The notes under the pieces are model-generated. The model ran no database searches, had not been told where the DNA came from, and was given only the letters and a program-made list of their open reading frames with translations. Positions 35,946-45,252 of a stretch of DNA of 64,000 nucleotides are shown here, one piece after another (the first letter of the stretch is position 1; every line of letters begins with the position of its first letter). The stretch comes from an uncultured delta proteobacterium. Its GTDB lineage: Bacteria > Myxococcota_A > Polyangia > Polyangiales > Houyiibacteriaceae. The stretch is taken from positions 64,001 through 128,000 of the forward strand of contig CAVOVB010000002.1 in NCBI GenBank assembly GCA_963699755.1, written 5' to 3'. The position numbers and the translations under genes were made by a program.

Positions 35946-37767
35946 TCCAGGCAACTCGAGCGGCGACCAATCCCGACGCGCCCCCATCGTGGCCGTCCAA
36001 GAGAGTCTGGTCAGCATCAGTGTCCGCGAGACGAGAGTCATGAAGAACGAGGTCGGCTATGTGCTTCTCGGGGAGCAGCGTCTCAAGTCCGAGGTGCTTC
36101 GCATCCAGAATCAAGTGGCGGACTTGCAGGTCTTCGAAGACACCTCCGGGGTCAAGGTCGGGGACGAGGTCGAGTTGACAGGCGAGATGCTGTCGGTGAC
36201 GCTCGCTCCCGGCATTCTCGGGAAGGTGTATGACGGGCTTCAGAACCCCTTGGCCTTGTTGGCGGAAAGGCATGGTTTCCTGCTGCCCCGTGGCGCCGAT
36301 GTCGACCCCGTGGACAGCGAGAAACGCTGGGACTTCACGCCGACGGTTTCAAAGGGTCAGACCCTGGTGGCGGGACAGGTCTTGGGGACGGTTCCCGAGG
36401 GGATTTTCGAACACAAGATCATGGTGCCCTTCGACGAACCGGCCGCAGTGAAGGTAGGCTGGATCAACCGGGGTAACCTCACGATCAACGATCCGGTCGC
36501 CCGCCTGGTTCGACCGAGCGGCGAAGAACGGAACCTTACGATGGCGCAGCGATGGCCGGTGCGACGCCCGCTTCCCGAACGCATGCTCCGGCAGCGCATG
36601 GCCGAGCGTGTCTATCCGACCGAACCGCTGACCACCACACAGCGGATTATCGACACGATGATCCCCATCGCACGGGGAGGCACGGCCTGCATCCCAGGGC
36701 CTTTCGGTTCGGGCAAGACGGTGCTGCAAAGCCTCATCTCCCGACACTCCGCGGTGGACATCGTGATCATCATCGCCTGCGGAGAACGGGCGGGCGAAGT
36801 GGTGGAGACGATCACGGAATACCCAGAGACGATCGACCCCCGGACAGGCGGCTCGTTGATGGACCGCACGATCATCATCTGCAACACGTCCTCGATGCCG
36901 GTCGCCGCTCGGGAATCGTCCATCTACACCGGTATCACGCTAGGGGAGTACTACCGACAGATGGGATACGACGTCTTGTGCATCGCGGACTCGACCTCGC
37001 GTTGGGCCCAGGCCATGCGCGAGACCTCGGGGCGAATGGAAGAGATCCCGGGAGAGGAGGCCTTCCCTGCCTACCTCGACTCTTCGATCAAGAGCCTCTA
37101 CGAGCGGGCCGGCCTCATCCGCGGACCCGACGGCCAGATGGGAAGCCTCACGTTCATCGGCACCGTGTCGCCCGCTGGTGGAAATTTCGAGGAGCCGGTG
37201 ACCCAGGCGACCCTCGCCACCGTGAAAACCTTCTTGGGCCTTTCCGCGGATCGCGCATACAAGCGCTTCTACCCTGCCATCGATCCGCTCATTTCCTGGT
37301 CGCGCTACCTGGACCAAATGAGCGACTGGTACGCCCAGAACCTGTCCCCGACCTGGGTCGGGGATGTCAAAGCGGCCCACGAGCTTCTCCACCGGGGCGA
37401 CGACATCTATCAAATGATGCAAGTCACGGGGGAGGAAGGGACCACTATGAACGACTTCCTGACCTGGCAGAAATCGGTCTTCTTGGACATGGTTTTCCTG
37501 CAGCAGGACGCTTTCGACTCCGTCGACTCCTCCATGCCCCTCGGGCGACAAAGAAAGAGCTTCGAGCTCGTGAAGCGGGTCGTCGAAGCAGACTTCGCCA
37601 TTGACGATCGCGATACGGCCCGGGATTTCTTCACGCGCCTGACCAGCCTCTACAAGAATCTCAACTACAGCCCGGACGATTCCGCGGAATACGCCCGCTA
37701 CCTCCGCGAGATCAAGGACCTAGTCGATTCGAAGCGAGTGAAGGTCGCAGACGACGAGGCGTCGTGA
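35920..37767 (+). CDS. ntpA: V/A-type ATPase catalytic subunit A
   Basis: PGPFGSGKTV, ACGERAGE, NTSSMPVAARE, ADSTSRWAQAMRE, EEAFPAYL, SPAGGNFEEPVTQ. Confidence 0.96.
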   Translation: MTTKTSSPDPGNSSGDQSRRAPIVAVQESLVSISVRETRVMKNEVGYVLLGEQRLKSEVLRIQNQVADLQVFEDTSGVKVGDEVELTGEMLSVTLAPGILGKVYDGLQNPLALLAERHGFLLPRGADVDPVDSEKRWDFTPTVSKGQTLVAGQVLGTVPEGIFEHKIMVPFDEPAAVKVGWINRGNLTINDPVARLVRPSGEERNLTMAQRWPVRRPLPERMLRQRMAERVYPTEPLTTTQRIIDTMIPIARGGTACIPGPFGSGKTVLQSLISRHSAVDIVIIIACGERAGEVVETITEYPETIDPRTGGSLMDRTIIICNTSSMPVAARESSIYTGITLGEYYRQMGYDVLCIADSTSRWAQAMRETSGRMEEIPGEEAFPAYLDSSIKSLYERAGLIRGPDGQMGSLTFIGTVSPAGGNFEEPVTQATLATVKTFLGLSADRAYKRFYPAIDPLISWSRYLDQMSDWYAQNLSPTWVGDVKAAHELLHRGDDIYQMMQVTGEEGTTMNDFLTWQKSVFLDMVFLQQDAFDSVDSSMPLGRQRKSFELVKRVVEADFAIDDRDTARDFFTRLTSLYKNLNYSPDDSAEYARYLREIKDLVDSKRVKVADDEAS

Positions 37768-38291
37768 ACCGCTCGACGACGACGAGAGAGGGAAACGAGA
37801 CGTCGGACAGCATTGGCCGTATTCTGACGGCCGTCGCATTTCTGGCTGTGTTCGGCTGTTCTGTGGACGGGCCTGGCGCTTCACAACCCGATGGCGGGGC
37901 GGGCCTTTCACAACTCGACGGAGAAAGCTACGCGCTGCAAGTGGACCGAATCGCCCGCAATCCGGACGTGCAATTCCCTTTCGAGGCACTCGAGGAAACT
38001 GACTACGAGCGGGTCGAAGATGGCAATCTGTATGACCTGAGTTTTTCTGAAGACGGCAAAACCGTCTCCGTAGCGGGTCCCTCTCCCGGAGAAGCACCGC
38101 TGATCATGACCGGAGGCATTGCGGTCGATACTGAAGATTTTCGACGATATGCTATTGAAGAAGGTCTATTTGCTGGGGGTCGATTCAACGTTTGGATTGA
38201 CGACGACCATTTCGAAGCGGAGCTCACCGTCTATGGGTCCGGCATCCCCATCGTCCGAAGCGAACGAGGCCGATTGCTAGCCGTCAACTGA
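37764..38291 (+). CDS. Hypothetical lipoprotein
   Basis: Hydrophobic stretch ending LAVFGC, acidic beta-rich body, GTGA overlap with the ntpA stop. Confidence 0.6.
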   Translation: MNRSTTTREGNETSDSIGRILTAVAFLAVFGCSVDGPGASQPDGGAGLSQLDGESYALQVDRIARNPDVQFPFEALEETDYERVEDGNLYDLSFSEDGKTVSVAGPSPGEAPLIMTGGIAVDTEDFRRYAIEEGLFAGGRFNVWIDDDHFEAELTVYGSGIPIVRSERGRLLAVN

Positions 38292-38319
38292 GGGGAGCCT
38301 GATTGCGACCAGGCTCCCC
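38292..38319. terminator. Perfect 10-bp hairpin between convergent genes
   Basis: GGGGAGCCTG-attgcgac-CAGGCTCCCC directly after the stop at 38291; no U-tract. Confidence 0.65.
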
Positions 38320-38352
38320 GCTGCATGTGCTCGCAACCGCTCCCGTCTCGCC

Positions 38353-39807
38353 CTAGGGAACCCGTAGCGACTTCGCGTTCTCGACCACGATTTCATGCAC
38401 CAGCCCACGAAGCTCGCGCCGAGTGTCCCTCGGGACATCTCGGTACTTCTTTTGAATCTTCGAAACGGTTTTGCTGAGCCTACGTCGCGTGGACTTGTCG
38501 AGTTGCTCGAGGATCTTGGGGCCGCTTTCCTTCGGTTCGGGAAGCTCTTGCTTGGCATGTGCCCAGGCCTGAATTCGGTCGAAGTGGTCGAGCGCTCTGG
38601 CGAGAAGCACGAAAGGGAAATTGAGTGATGGGTGGGGCCCCACTCGGACTCTGTAGCCGTCTTTCGGATCTCGCATGGCGGACATCGCTTGCTCGGCCAC
38701 GTTGGAGGCGCTCGCAAATCGACGCGTGAGCTCGTAAAGCCCCACGCCGAGCCCGCCCAGCCCGCCAAGCACGGTTCCCGCGAACACCGACGCGAAGCCC
38801 ACCGCAGCGTCGACCGCCCCACCCGCAGCTGCGCCGGTAAGCGTCGTCAGCGTCAGAAGTGCCCTGGGCGAGAGACCCATGACGTCCCAGGTTTCTTGGG
38901 CGAAGAGATCATCGTGCGAATCGAGCGCGATCTCGGTCTCGGGCATCCAGTGGTCGAGACGATGCAGATAGACCTCCCCGATCTTCCGGTGGGCCTTGCG
39001 TTCGATGGCGCGAAGCCTGTCATGAAACTCTCGCTCGAGGCGTAGTCGCTCGTGGGGCAAAGCGAGCTCATCAGGTAGCACGACGCTCATGTGCAGCGTC
39101 AGCGCATCGAGCATCATGTCGGAAATGATGTTGGCGACCTGATAGCGTCGCTGCTCCTCCTGGGCCCGCAGCGCATCGACCCCTTCGACGATCGAGCGCT
39201 CCCATGAAGGCTCTAGCGTTGCGAAGGCCTCGAGAAGCTTACGGCGCTCTTCCCAGGTCACTGCATGGGCGTCGAAAAGCCTGACGAGCTTGAAATACTG
39301 AGTGAGCGCACGCCGCCAGTCTTCGATGTGCTCGCCCGAGCCGCTGCGGTTGATCAGGGCCATGGCCGGTTGCCCCGTGTAGCGAAGCACCTCCATTTCC
39401 GTTTCGTAGTTCTTTCGGTAAGGCTCGTCCCCATTGACCACGTAGAGGATCGCCGCCCCATCGAGAATGGGCCGAAGAAGACGACGCTCTTCTACGAAGT
39501 CGTCGCTATCCTCGAATGCATCGACGAATTCACGTACGCGTTCGACTCGATCGGCGGCCGTCACCTCTCGCTGCTTGATCCAGTGAAGGGCACGCGGCGC
39601 GTCTTCGAACCCGGGGGTGTCGATGACCGAAAACAAGACTTGGTCGTCGACCTCGACGTCATAGCGAACACACTCCGTGGTCGTGCCCGGACGCGGCGAA
39701 ATCTTGACCGCGTCGTTCTCGATCAGGCTCGCGATCACGCTCGACTTGCCCTTGTTGACGCGACCGACCACCGCAAAGCGCGGACCTTCGTCACTCCCAT
39801 TGCTCAT
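38353..39807 (-). CDS. GTPase / DUF3482 domain protein
   Basis: GRVNKGKS (G1), PGTT (G2), DTPG (G3), NRSG (G4-like), FDAH, Gly-rich hydrophobic hairpin; ATG 39807 overlaps the upstream stop. Confidence 0.8.
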   Translation of the reverse strand: MSNGSDEGPRFAVVGRVNKGKSSVIASLIENDAVKISPRPGTTTECVRYDVEVDDQVLFSVIDTPGFEDAPRALHWIKQREVTAADRVERVREFVDAFEDSDDFVEERRLLRPILDGAAILYVVNGDEPYRKNYETEMEVLRYTGQPAMALINRSGSGEHIEDWRRALTQYFKLVRLFDAHAVTWEERRKLLEAFATLEPSWERSIVEGVDALRAQEEQRRYQVANIISDMMLDALTLHMSVVLPDELALPHERLRLEREFHDRLRAIERKAHRKIGEVYLHRLDHWMPETEIALDSHDDLFAQETWDVMGLSPRALLTLTTLTGAAAGGAVDAAVGFASVFAGTVLGGLGGLGVGLYELTRRFASASNVAEQAMSAMRDPKDGYRVRVGPHPSLNFPFVLLARALDHFDRIQAWAHAKQELPEPKESGPKILEQLDKSTRRRLSKTVSKIQKKYRDVPRDTRRELRGLVHEIVVENAKSLRVP

Positions 39808-41279
39808 AGCGCATCCAATGCAATGTACGGATCGGCGAGCTCGGCCAGATACCCCGCCCAAACCCCACGCTGCTCATCGTTGCCACCTGGCGTCAATAGG
39901 ACGTAGATCTTTCGACTCGAGTGACCTCGCTCGCGCAGGGACTGAACCAAACGCTTGAATGCCCGATCCGGGGCGTTCCAGGGCTCGGCAAGCACCAGCA
40001 CCGGCTGCTCACTGCCCTCAAGTCTCTTCAGCAGCGCTTCATCGTCACGATGGTCGTGACCCCCGGCGCTTGCGATCGGTGGTTCGACGGTCGTGCCGAA
40101 TCGCTCTTGCAAGCGCGTCAAGAATGCCTCGTCGGCGACTTCGGCTTCTCGCCAGCGCACTGCGATGACGGGCTGGCCGCCTCTGAACTGCTGCGGCCGT
40201 CCGAGGGGCTGATGCCCTGCGCCGAGCGGCGCCACGTTGCCTGGATCGTTTTCGTGCACCTGATGCACCCGAGGGCTAGTGAGACGCATGATGACTTCGG
40301 CTTCAGCGGGCGTGTCGAACGAGAGCTTCCCAAACGCGCGATGCAGGCCCAGGCTCCCCCAGACCACGAGTACGAGCCTTGGAAGCAGTCCGTAAATCAA
40401 GAGGCACATCAGCAGAAAAGGCCACCATCCGCCCGCCACGGCCGCATCTTGGACGCGGGCACCCGCCGGTGCGTTCACGTAGGCGGCGTCGAGCCGGAAA
40501 TACCGGGTGGCCTGAACCAGATCCAAGGTTGGAACGGCATCGGGCAGCCAGAGTCGCCAGGGCAGCGCCAAACCTTCGCAGAATCGCTGAAGACCTTCGG
40601 CGCCAACTTGCAGCGTCGTGCTCCACGCGAACGCCAGGTCGGTAAACGATACCGCTGCGATGAAGGTGCCGAGTGCGCCGAGGTTGAAAGCGACGGCCCC
40701 GATTTGCATGGATCGAAAGAGAACCCAGCGCTCTACCCCGGCGTACAAGGAACGCCTCGCGAGAAATCGTCCGGTATCTTCGGCGCCCACGAGTCGCGCA
40801 ATCACCTTTCGAACCAGCGCGCTCAGGGGGAAGTGCGCGAGAAACCCAGGGGAGGAACGCGACCAGACGAAAGCCGCGATCATTGCAAGCAAGTTGATCC
40901 ACTGAAGGAATACGAACACACCCAGGACGACCAAAACGTTGATTGGGTGGTCGCCGGTGAACTGAAGCACAGCGAGCGCGACGCCGGCGCCTATCGAAGC
41001 GAACACGACGAAGACCAGCCAATTTGCAATGAGGTGTGCGCGCGCAACGCGTTCGCCCGCGGTCGGCGTCGTGCTCTGTGGCTGCAGCGAAGCGAGCCAA
41101 CGAGCCACGAGCTCCGCGGCGGTCTTCGGATCGTCCTGCCAACTCAATGCAATCGCCCGGTCTCGGGCGATGAGCTCCTGGAGGGGTCGATCACGGTCGG
41201 ACGCGAGCTGCACCTCGAAATCGATCAGCTCCGCGAGGCCGAAGCGACCCTGCTTTGAATGTCGCTCAGGCGCCGTCAC
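39804..41279 (-). CDS. DUF2868 domain membrane protein
   Basis: Four TM helices, HPINV, FAWSTTL, PDAVPT, WWPFLLMCLLIYGLLPR; usual partner of DUF3482. Confidence 0.75.
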   Translation of the reverse strand: MTAPERHSKQGRFGLAELIDFEVQLASDRDRPLQELIARDRAIALSWQDDPKTAAELVARWLASLQPQSTTPTAGERVARAHLIANWLVFVVFASIGAGVALAVLQFTGDHPINVLVVLGVFVFLQWINLLAMIAAFVWSRSSPGFLAHFPLSALVRKVIARLVGAEDTGRFLARRSLYAGVERWVLFRSMQIGAVAFNLGALGTFIAAVSFTDLAFAWSTTLQVGAEGLQRFCEGLALPWRLWLPDAVPTLDLVQATRYFRLDAAYVNAPAGARVQDAAVAGGWWPFLLMCLLIYGLLPRLVLVVWGSLGLHRAFGKLSFDTPAEAEVIMRLTSPRVHQVHENDPGNVAPLGAGHQPLGRPQQFRGGQPVIAVRWREAEVADEAFLTRLQERFGTTVEPPIASAGGHDHRDDEALLKRLEGSEQPVLVLAEPWNAPDRAFKRLVQSLRERGHSSRKIYVLLTPGGNDEQRGVWAGYLAELADPYIALDAL

Positions 41280-41355
41280 GGGTCCATTTCGTACTATACC
41301 CCCGCGGCAACGCCAAGCGACAGTGGTCTATCGCATCGTCCGCTGGATTCCTGCG

Positions 41356-43230
41356 CTAGCGCTCTGCATCGATCGCGTGGCGCAGCGCATCGAGCTCAGG
41401 AACCTCGGCAATCGACGGGTGCGCGAGCCAGAGCGCGGGAATCATCACTGGCATGTCGAGGAGCTGCTGGGCGTACGCCTTGCCTTGCGGGTCGAAGCGC
41501 AGAGATGCGACGCCCCCCCCGCCGAGCGCATCGCGGAGGACGAAGTTGAGCGCTTGGATCCCGGGGAGATCGTACCTCTCCACGGGGTCTGTTTTCCCCC
41601 CCGGCCCTCCGGCGTTGGGACCGATCCGATGCGCGAACCAACCGGCAACGACCTCCGAGGATAGCTGGTCGCGCAGGAGTGGTAAGAAGTCTGGATGTCG
41701 CGCCCGAACACCGATGTTGGCGTCCGCACCCTTGTCGCCGCTGCGGGCGTGCGCGATTGCGATCAGCGGAACCTCGACCGGGTCGACCGGCACGAACGCT
41801 TCGGTCAGGAACTCTCCTTCCAAGGTGTGTTGGGTGGTTCGTGGCAGCAGCGGCTCTTCGTAGGGAATCGCTTCGCCGTCGAGGTAAACGCGGGGATGAA
41901 ACCGTTCGCGCGGGATCAGATAACTGTGGAGCCGGACGAGCGGCGTAGGCTTGGGAAGCCCCGTGCCGCCACCGCTGAGCCCGGGTACGGCGAGGCCAAA
42001 GGAAGCCGTTTCACGAACCACCGCAGCAAGCGCTGTGCGCGAATCATGGTGAAGGGCGATCTTCAGCACCACCTCGCGGCTGTCTCGGGCTCGTGCATGC
42101 GGCCCATAGGTACTCTCGGCGCCGAGGATCTCGATGTCCACGTCGCGGAGGGGAGCAAAGCCTCTGCGATCGAGCAGGCGCTCCGCACGGTGGACGAAAT
42201 CGCCACCGAGCCGCCTCGCTTTTCGCTCCGCTTCGCGCCCCGCGATGAACAAGAGCGCGCGGGTCTTGTATCCGTCGAAGACCTGCGCGCTGGCCTTGAG
42301 CGTAGCCGGCGGCGGTGTGCCCCGGGCGCCCGTGACCTCGACGCGGTCCTCGCCCACTTGGGTGAGCTCGACTTGCCGCCAGTCGCAGGTGACGTCCGGC
42401 AAGAGGTAAGCAGATGGGTCACCGATCTCATAGAGAAGTTGCTCCGAGGCGGTGCGCACATCGACCAAGCCACCGGTGCCCTCGGGCTTGGTGAGCACGA
42501 ATGACCCATCCGCACGACACTCCGCGATCGGATAGCCGAGATCTTCCCAGGACGGGATGTCTTCCCAATCCGTCAGGAGGCCCCCGGTCGATTGCGGGCC
42601 ACATTCGAGCAAGTGGCCGGCAAGGCTCCCCTGGGAAAGAGCGTCGAGAGCCTCCGGACCCCAACCGAACTCGTGAATCAAGGGTCCAAGCGCCAATGCG
42701 GAGTCCACAGAGCGGCCCGTGATCACAACGTCCGCGCCGGCTCCCAGTGCCGCGGCGATCGGTCGAGCGCCCAGGTAGGCATTGAAGCTCAGCGGATCGG
42801 CGACTAGAGCTGAACCATCGCTCATCTCCGTGAGCCCGAGCGCGCGAAGCTCTTCCATTCGCTCGATGAGATTGTCGCCTTGGACCGCGGCAATTCGGAT
42901 CGAGAAGCCGGCCTCGTCTGCCATCGAGCGAAGCGCAGCCGCGGCTCCATCGGGATTCACACCGCCAGCGTTCGTCACGACGCGAACACCCTGTTCTACG
43001 AAACGCCCGAGGTCGCGCCCGATCATTGCGATCACGTCGGTAGCGTAGCCGAGCTCCGGATCCTTCTGACGCGCGCGCGTCAAGATCCCCATCGTGATCT
43101 CAGCAAGCCCCTCGAACAAAATATAATCGCAGCGTCTCGAGTCGAGCAGCTGCGGCGCTGCAAACGAGGTGTCGCCCCATGCACCAGCCGCACCGCCCAG
43201 GACCACCACCTTCTCTCGCTGACTCGCCAT
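41356..43230 (-). CDS. atuA: Acyclic terpene utilization AtuA family protein (DUF1446)
   Basis: GAWGD, FEGLAEITM, VVTNAGGVNP, NAYLGA, GHLLECG, EQLLYEIGDP, HARSGDKG, DPQGKAYAQ. Confidence 0.9.
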   Translation of the reverse strand: MASQREKVVVLGGAAGAWGDTSFAAPQLLDSRRCDYILFEGLAEITMGILTRARQKDPELGYATDVIAMIGRDLGRFVEQGVRVVTNAGGVNPDGAAAALRSMADEAGFSIRIAAVQGDNLIERMEELRALGLTEMSDGSALVADPLSFNAYLGARPIAAALGAGADVVITGRSVDSALALGPLIHEFGWGPEALDALSQGSLAGHLLECGPQSTGGLLTDWEDIPSWEDLGYPIAECRADGSFVLTKPEGTGGLVDVRTASEQLLYEIGDPSAYLLPDVTCDWRQVELTQVGEDRVEVTGARGTPPPATLKASAQVFDGYKTRALLFIAGREAERKARRLGGDFVHRAERLLDRRGFAPLRDVDIEILGAESTYGPHARARDSREVVLKIALHHDSRTALAAVVRETASFGLAVPGLSGGGTGLPKPTPLVRLHSYLIPRERFHPRVYLDGEAIPYEEPLLPRTTQHTLEGEFLTEAFVPVDPVEVPLIAIAHARSGDKGADANIGVRARHPDFLPLLRDQLSSEVVAGWFAHRIGPNAGGPGGKTDPVERYDLPGIQALNFVLRDALGGGGVASLRFDPQGKAYAQQLLDMPVMIPALWLAHPSIAEVPELDALRHAIDAER

Positions 43231-43487
43231 GACTCGATTCCCGATCTGCGAGCAGAAGCTCTAGTTTGTCAACGCGAAATGCCGATCAGGCGATCGGTAC
43301 CGCAGACTTCAATCCATGTGACGCTGGAAGCCGCGCGAGCGAAGTCTCGAGCGCCGGCCATCGGCAACGAACCCGAGGCTCTGAAGCGGGACCGACCCGC
43401 ACTACGTCGGGTTCGAGTCGATGGTCACCGCCACTAAACACCGCTACGCTTCGTGCTGCAAGTCTGCTGGTATGTTATTGAAATCAC

Positions 43488-45239
43488 ATGGGGACGCCCG
43501 CGGTGATTCCATTCCGCGCCAAACTGACGGTCCTGGGGGCCGTCCTCACGATTGTGCCGCTCGCAGCGCTGGGTTTCGCCCTGATGAGCAAGGCGAGCGA
43601 GACCGTGCGCACCATGACGCGCGAGTACCAGCTCTCCGTGGCCGGAGATCTGTCCCGCACGATCGAATCAGAGCTCGGAGAAGCGGAAAATGGGCTCGAA
43701 GCGGTCGGGCGCGTCCTGACGAACGTCGAGCTTCCCGAATCCATCGCGATCCAGCTCGCGATCAATCTAGTCGCCGCGCATGAGGCGATAGAACATGTCG
43801 GAGTCTACGCGCGCAGTGGCGAATTGCTGGACGTCATTCGGGAGGCCACGGCGCAGCAAGTAAAACCGCCGGAGCAGCTCTCGAACGATATCCGAGAGAG
43901 GGCGGCCTCGGAAAACGTAGTAACCGGTGAGACTGTCCCTGGGATGGAAGGCCCGCGTGTCTTGCTCGTCCTGCCGATTCGTAGCAAGGACGTGGTGACG
44001 GGCTTCGTCGGCAGCTTGGTGTCGCTCCGGCGCGTGCAGCAACGGGTCGCTCAGCTGTCGATCGAGCGCTTTGAGGGGCTACCCGGCTCGCTCTTCGTCG
44101 TCGACGACCAGATGCGCATTCTTGCCCACCCGAGCGTCGAACAGTCACGGGAGCTCACCTCGGCACGGGGCATAGGCGCACTCGAAGGCATCGAGACCAC
44201 CAGGTTGGTCGGTGCGATGGTGAAATCGGGAGAGTACGTCGACAGTGGCGGCACGGAGATGGTTGGCACCGTCACCGGCCTGCAGACGCGTCCATGGGCC
44301 ATCGTGACGCAGATTCCCCGCGATTTCGCCTACGCCTCGGTAGACACGATGCGCCGGGTGGTCTTCATCGTCAGCCTCATCGCAATCATCATTGCCTTGA
44401 TGGTGGCGTTCGCGGTCGCACGCCAGATCACTCGACCGATCGAGCAGCTTTCTACCTTTGCGGGCGACCTCGCGGCTCGCCGCTTTGACAAGCGGGTCAC
44501 CGTGAATACCCGCGACGAATTGGCAGTCCTGGGAGACGTGCTCAGCTCCGCAGCCGCTGATCTGCAGGCAAGCGAAGAGAGAATTCGCGAGGAAGAAGCG
44601 ATTCGGCGAGACCTTCGGCGGTATCTCGATGCGGATCTGGTCGACAGGGTCGTTCGTCGCGAACAGGACATGAACCTCGGCGGTGAGCGGAGGGAGATCT
44701 CGGTGCTCTTCGCCGATGTGGTGGCCTTCACGCCGATCGCCGACTCTCTGGCAGCCGAAGAGACCGTAGGCCTCCTGAACGAGCTGTTCACCATCCTGAC
44801 CGAAATCGTGTTCCGCTACGAAGGCACGGTGGACAAGTTCATCGGCGACTCCGTGATGGCGATCTGGGGCGCACCCCAGCTGCAACCCGACCACGCGGCG
44901 CGCGCCGTCGCTGCAGCCGAAGACATGATGCGCTGGCTCGAAGCAGGCAATCAGGGCTGGCGACAGAAGTTTGGAGTGACGGTGGAGCTGGCAATTGGGA
45001 TCAACTCGGGGCACGCTGTCGTTGGCAACGTGGGATCCGAAACGCGCATGCAGTACACGGCGATCGGAGATGTGGTCAACGTCGCGGCGCGCCTCGAGTC
45101 AATTGCCCGACCGCATCAGATCCTGGTTACGCAGGCCACCAAGAGCTCGGCCGGTAGCGATTTCGAGTACGCGTCCCTGGGATCGCGGCAGCTCGTGGGG
45201 CGCCGCGACCCAGTGAAGCTATTCGAAGTGCGGGTATGA
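43488..45239 (+). CDS. Membrane class III adenylate cyclase (TM-Cache-TM-HAMP-cyclase)
   Basis: ITRPI..L..RDELAVL HAMP; VLFADV, VDKFIGD, YTAIGDVVNVAARLE (Lys/Thr pair indicates ATP specificity). Confidence 0.92.
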   Translation: MGTPAVIPFRAKLTVLGAVLTIVPLAALGFALMSKASETVRTMTREYQLSVAGDLSRTIESELGEAENGLEAVGRVLTNVELPESIAIQLAINLVAAHEAIEHVGVYARSGELLDVIREATAQQVKPPEQLSNDIRERAASENVVTGETVPGMEGPRVLLVLPIRSKDVVTGFVGSLVSLRRVQQRVAQLSIERFEGLPGSLFVVDDQMRILAHPSVEQSRELTSARGIGALEGIETTRLVGAMVKSGEYVDSGGTEMVGTVTGLQTRPWAIVTQIPRDFAYASVDTMRRVVFIVSLIAIIIALMVAFAVARQITRPIEQLSTFAGDLAARRFDKRVTVNTRDELAVLGDVLSSAAADLQASEERIREEEAIRRDLRRYLDADLVDRVVRREQDMNLGGERREISVLFADVVAFTPIADSLAAEETVGLLNELFTILTEIVFRYEGTVDKFIGDSVMAIWGAPQLQPDHAARAVAAAEDMMRWLEAGNQGWRQKFGVTVELAIGINSGHAVVGNVGSETRMQYTAIGDVVNVAARLESIARPHQILVTQATKSSAGSDFEYASLGSRQLVGRRDPVKLFEVRV

Positions 45240-45252
45240 ACGGAGGCACTGC

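Noticed and set aside
39921..41258. Long antisense or alternate-frame ORFs (445 aa here; also 171-1394, 4205-5332, 8180-9259, 30420-31397, 36552-37604, 56661-57725)
   Set aside because: They shadow well-supported genes, have no family motifs, and are expected in high-GC DNA
43267..43272. TTGACA upstream of atuA (minus strand)
   Set aside because: No acceptable -10 hexamer at 16-18 bp
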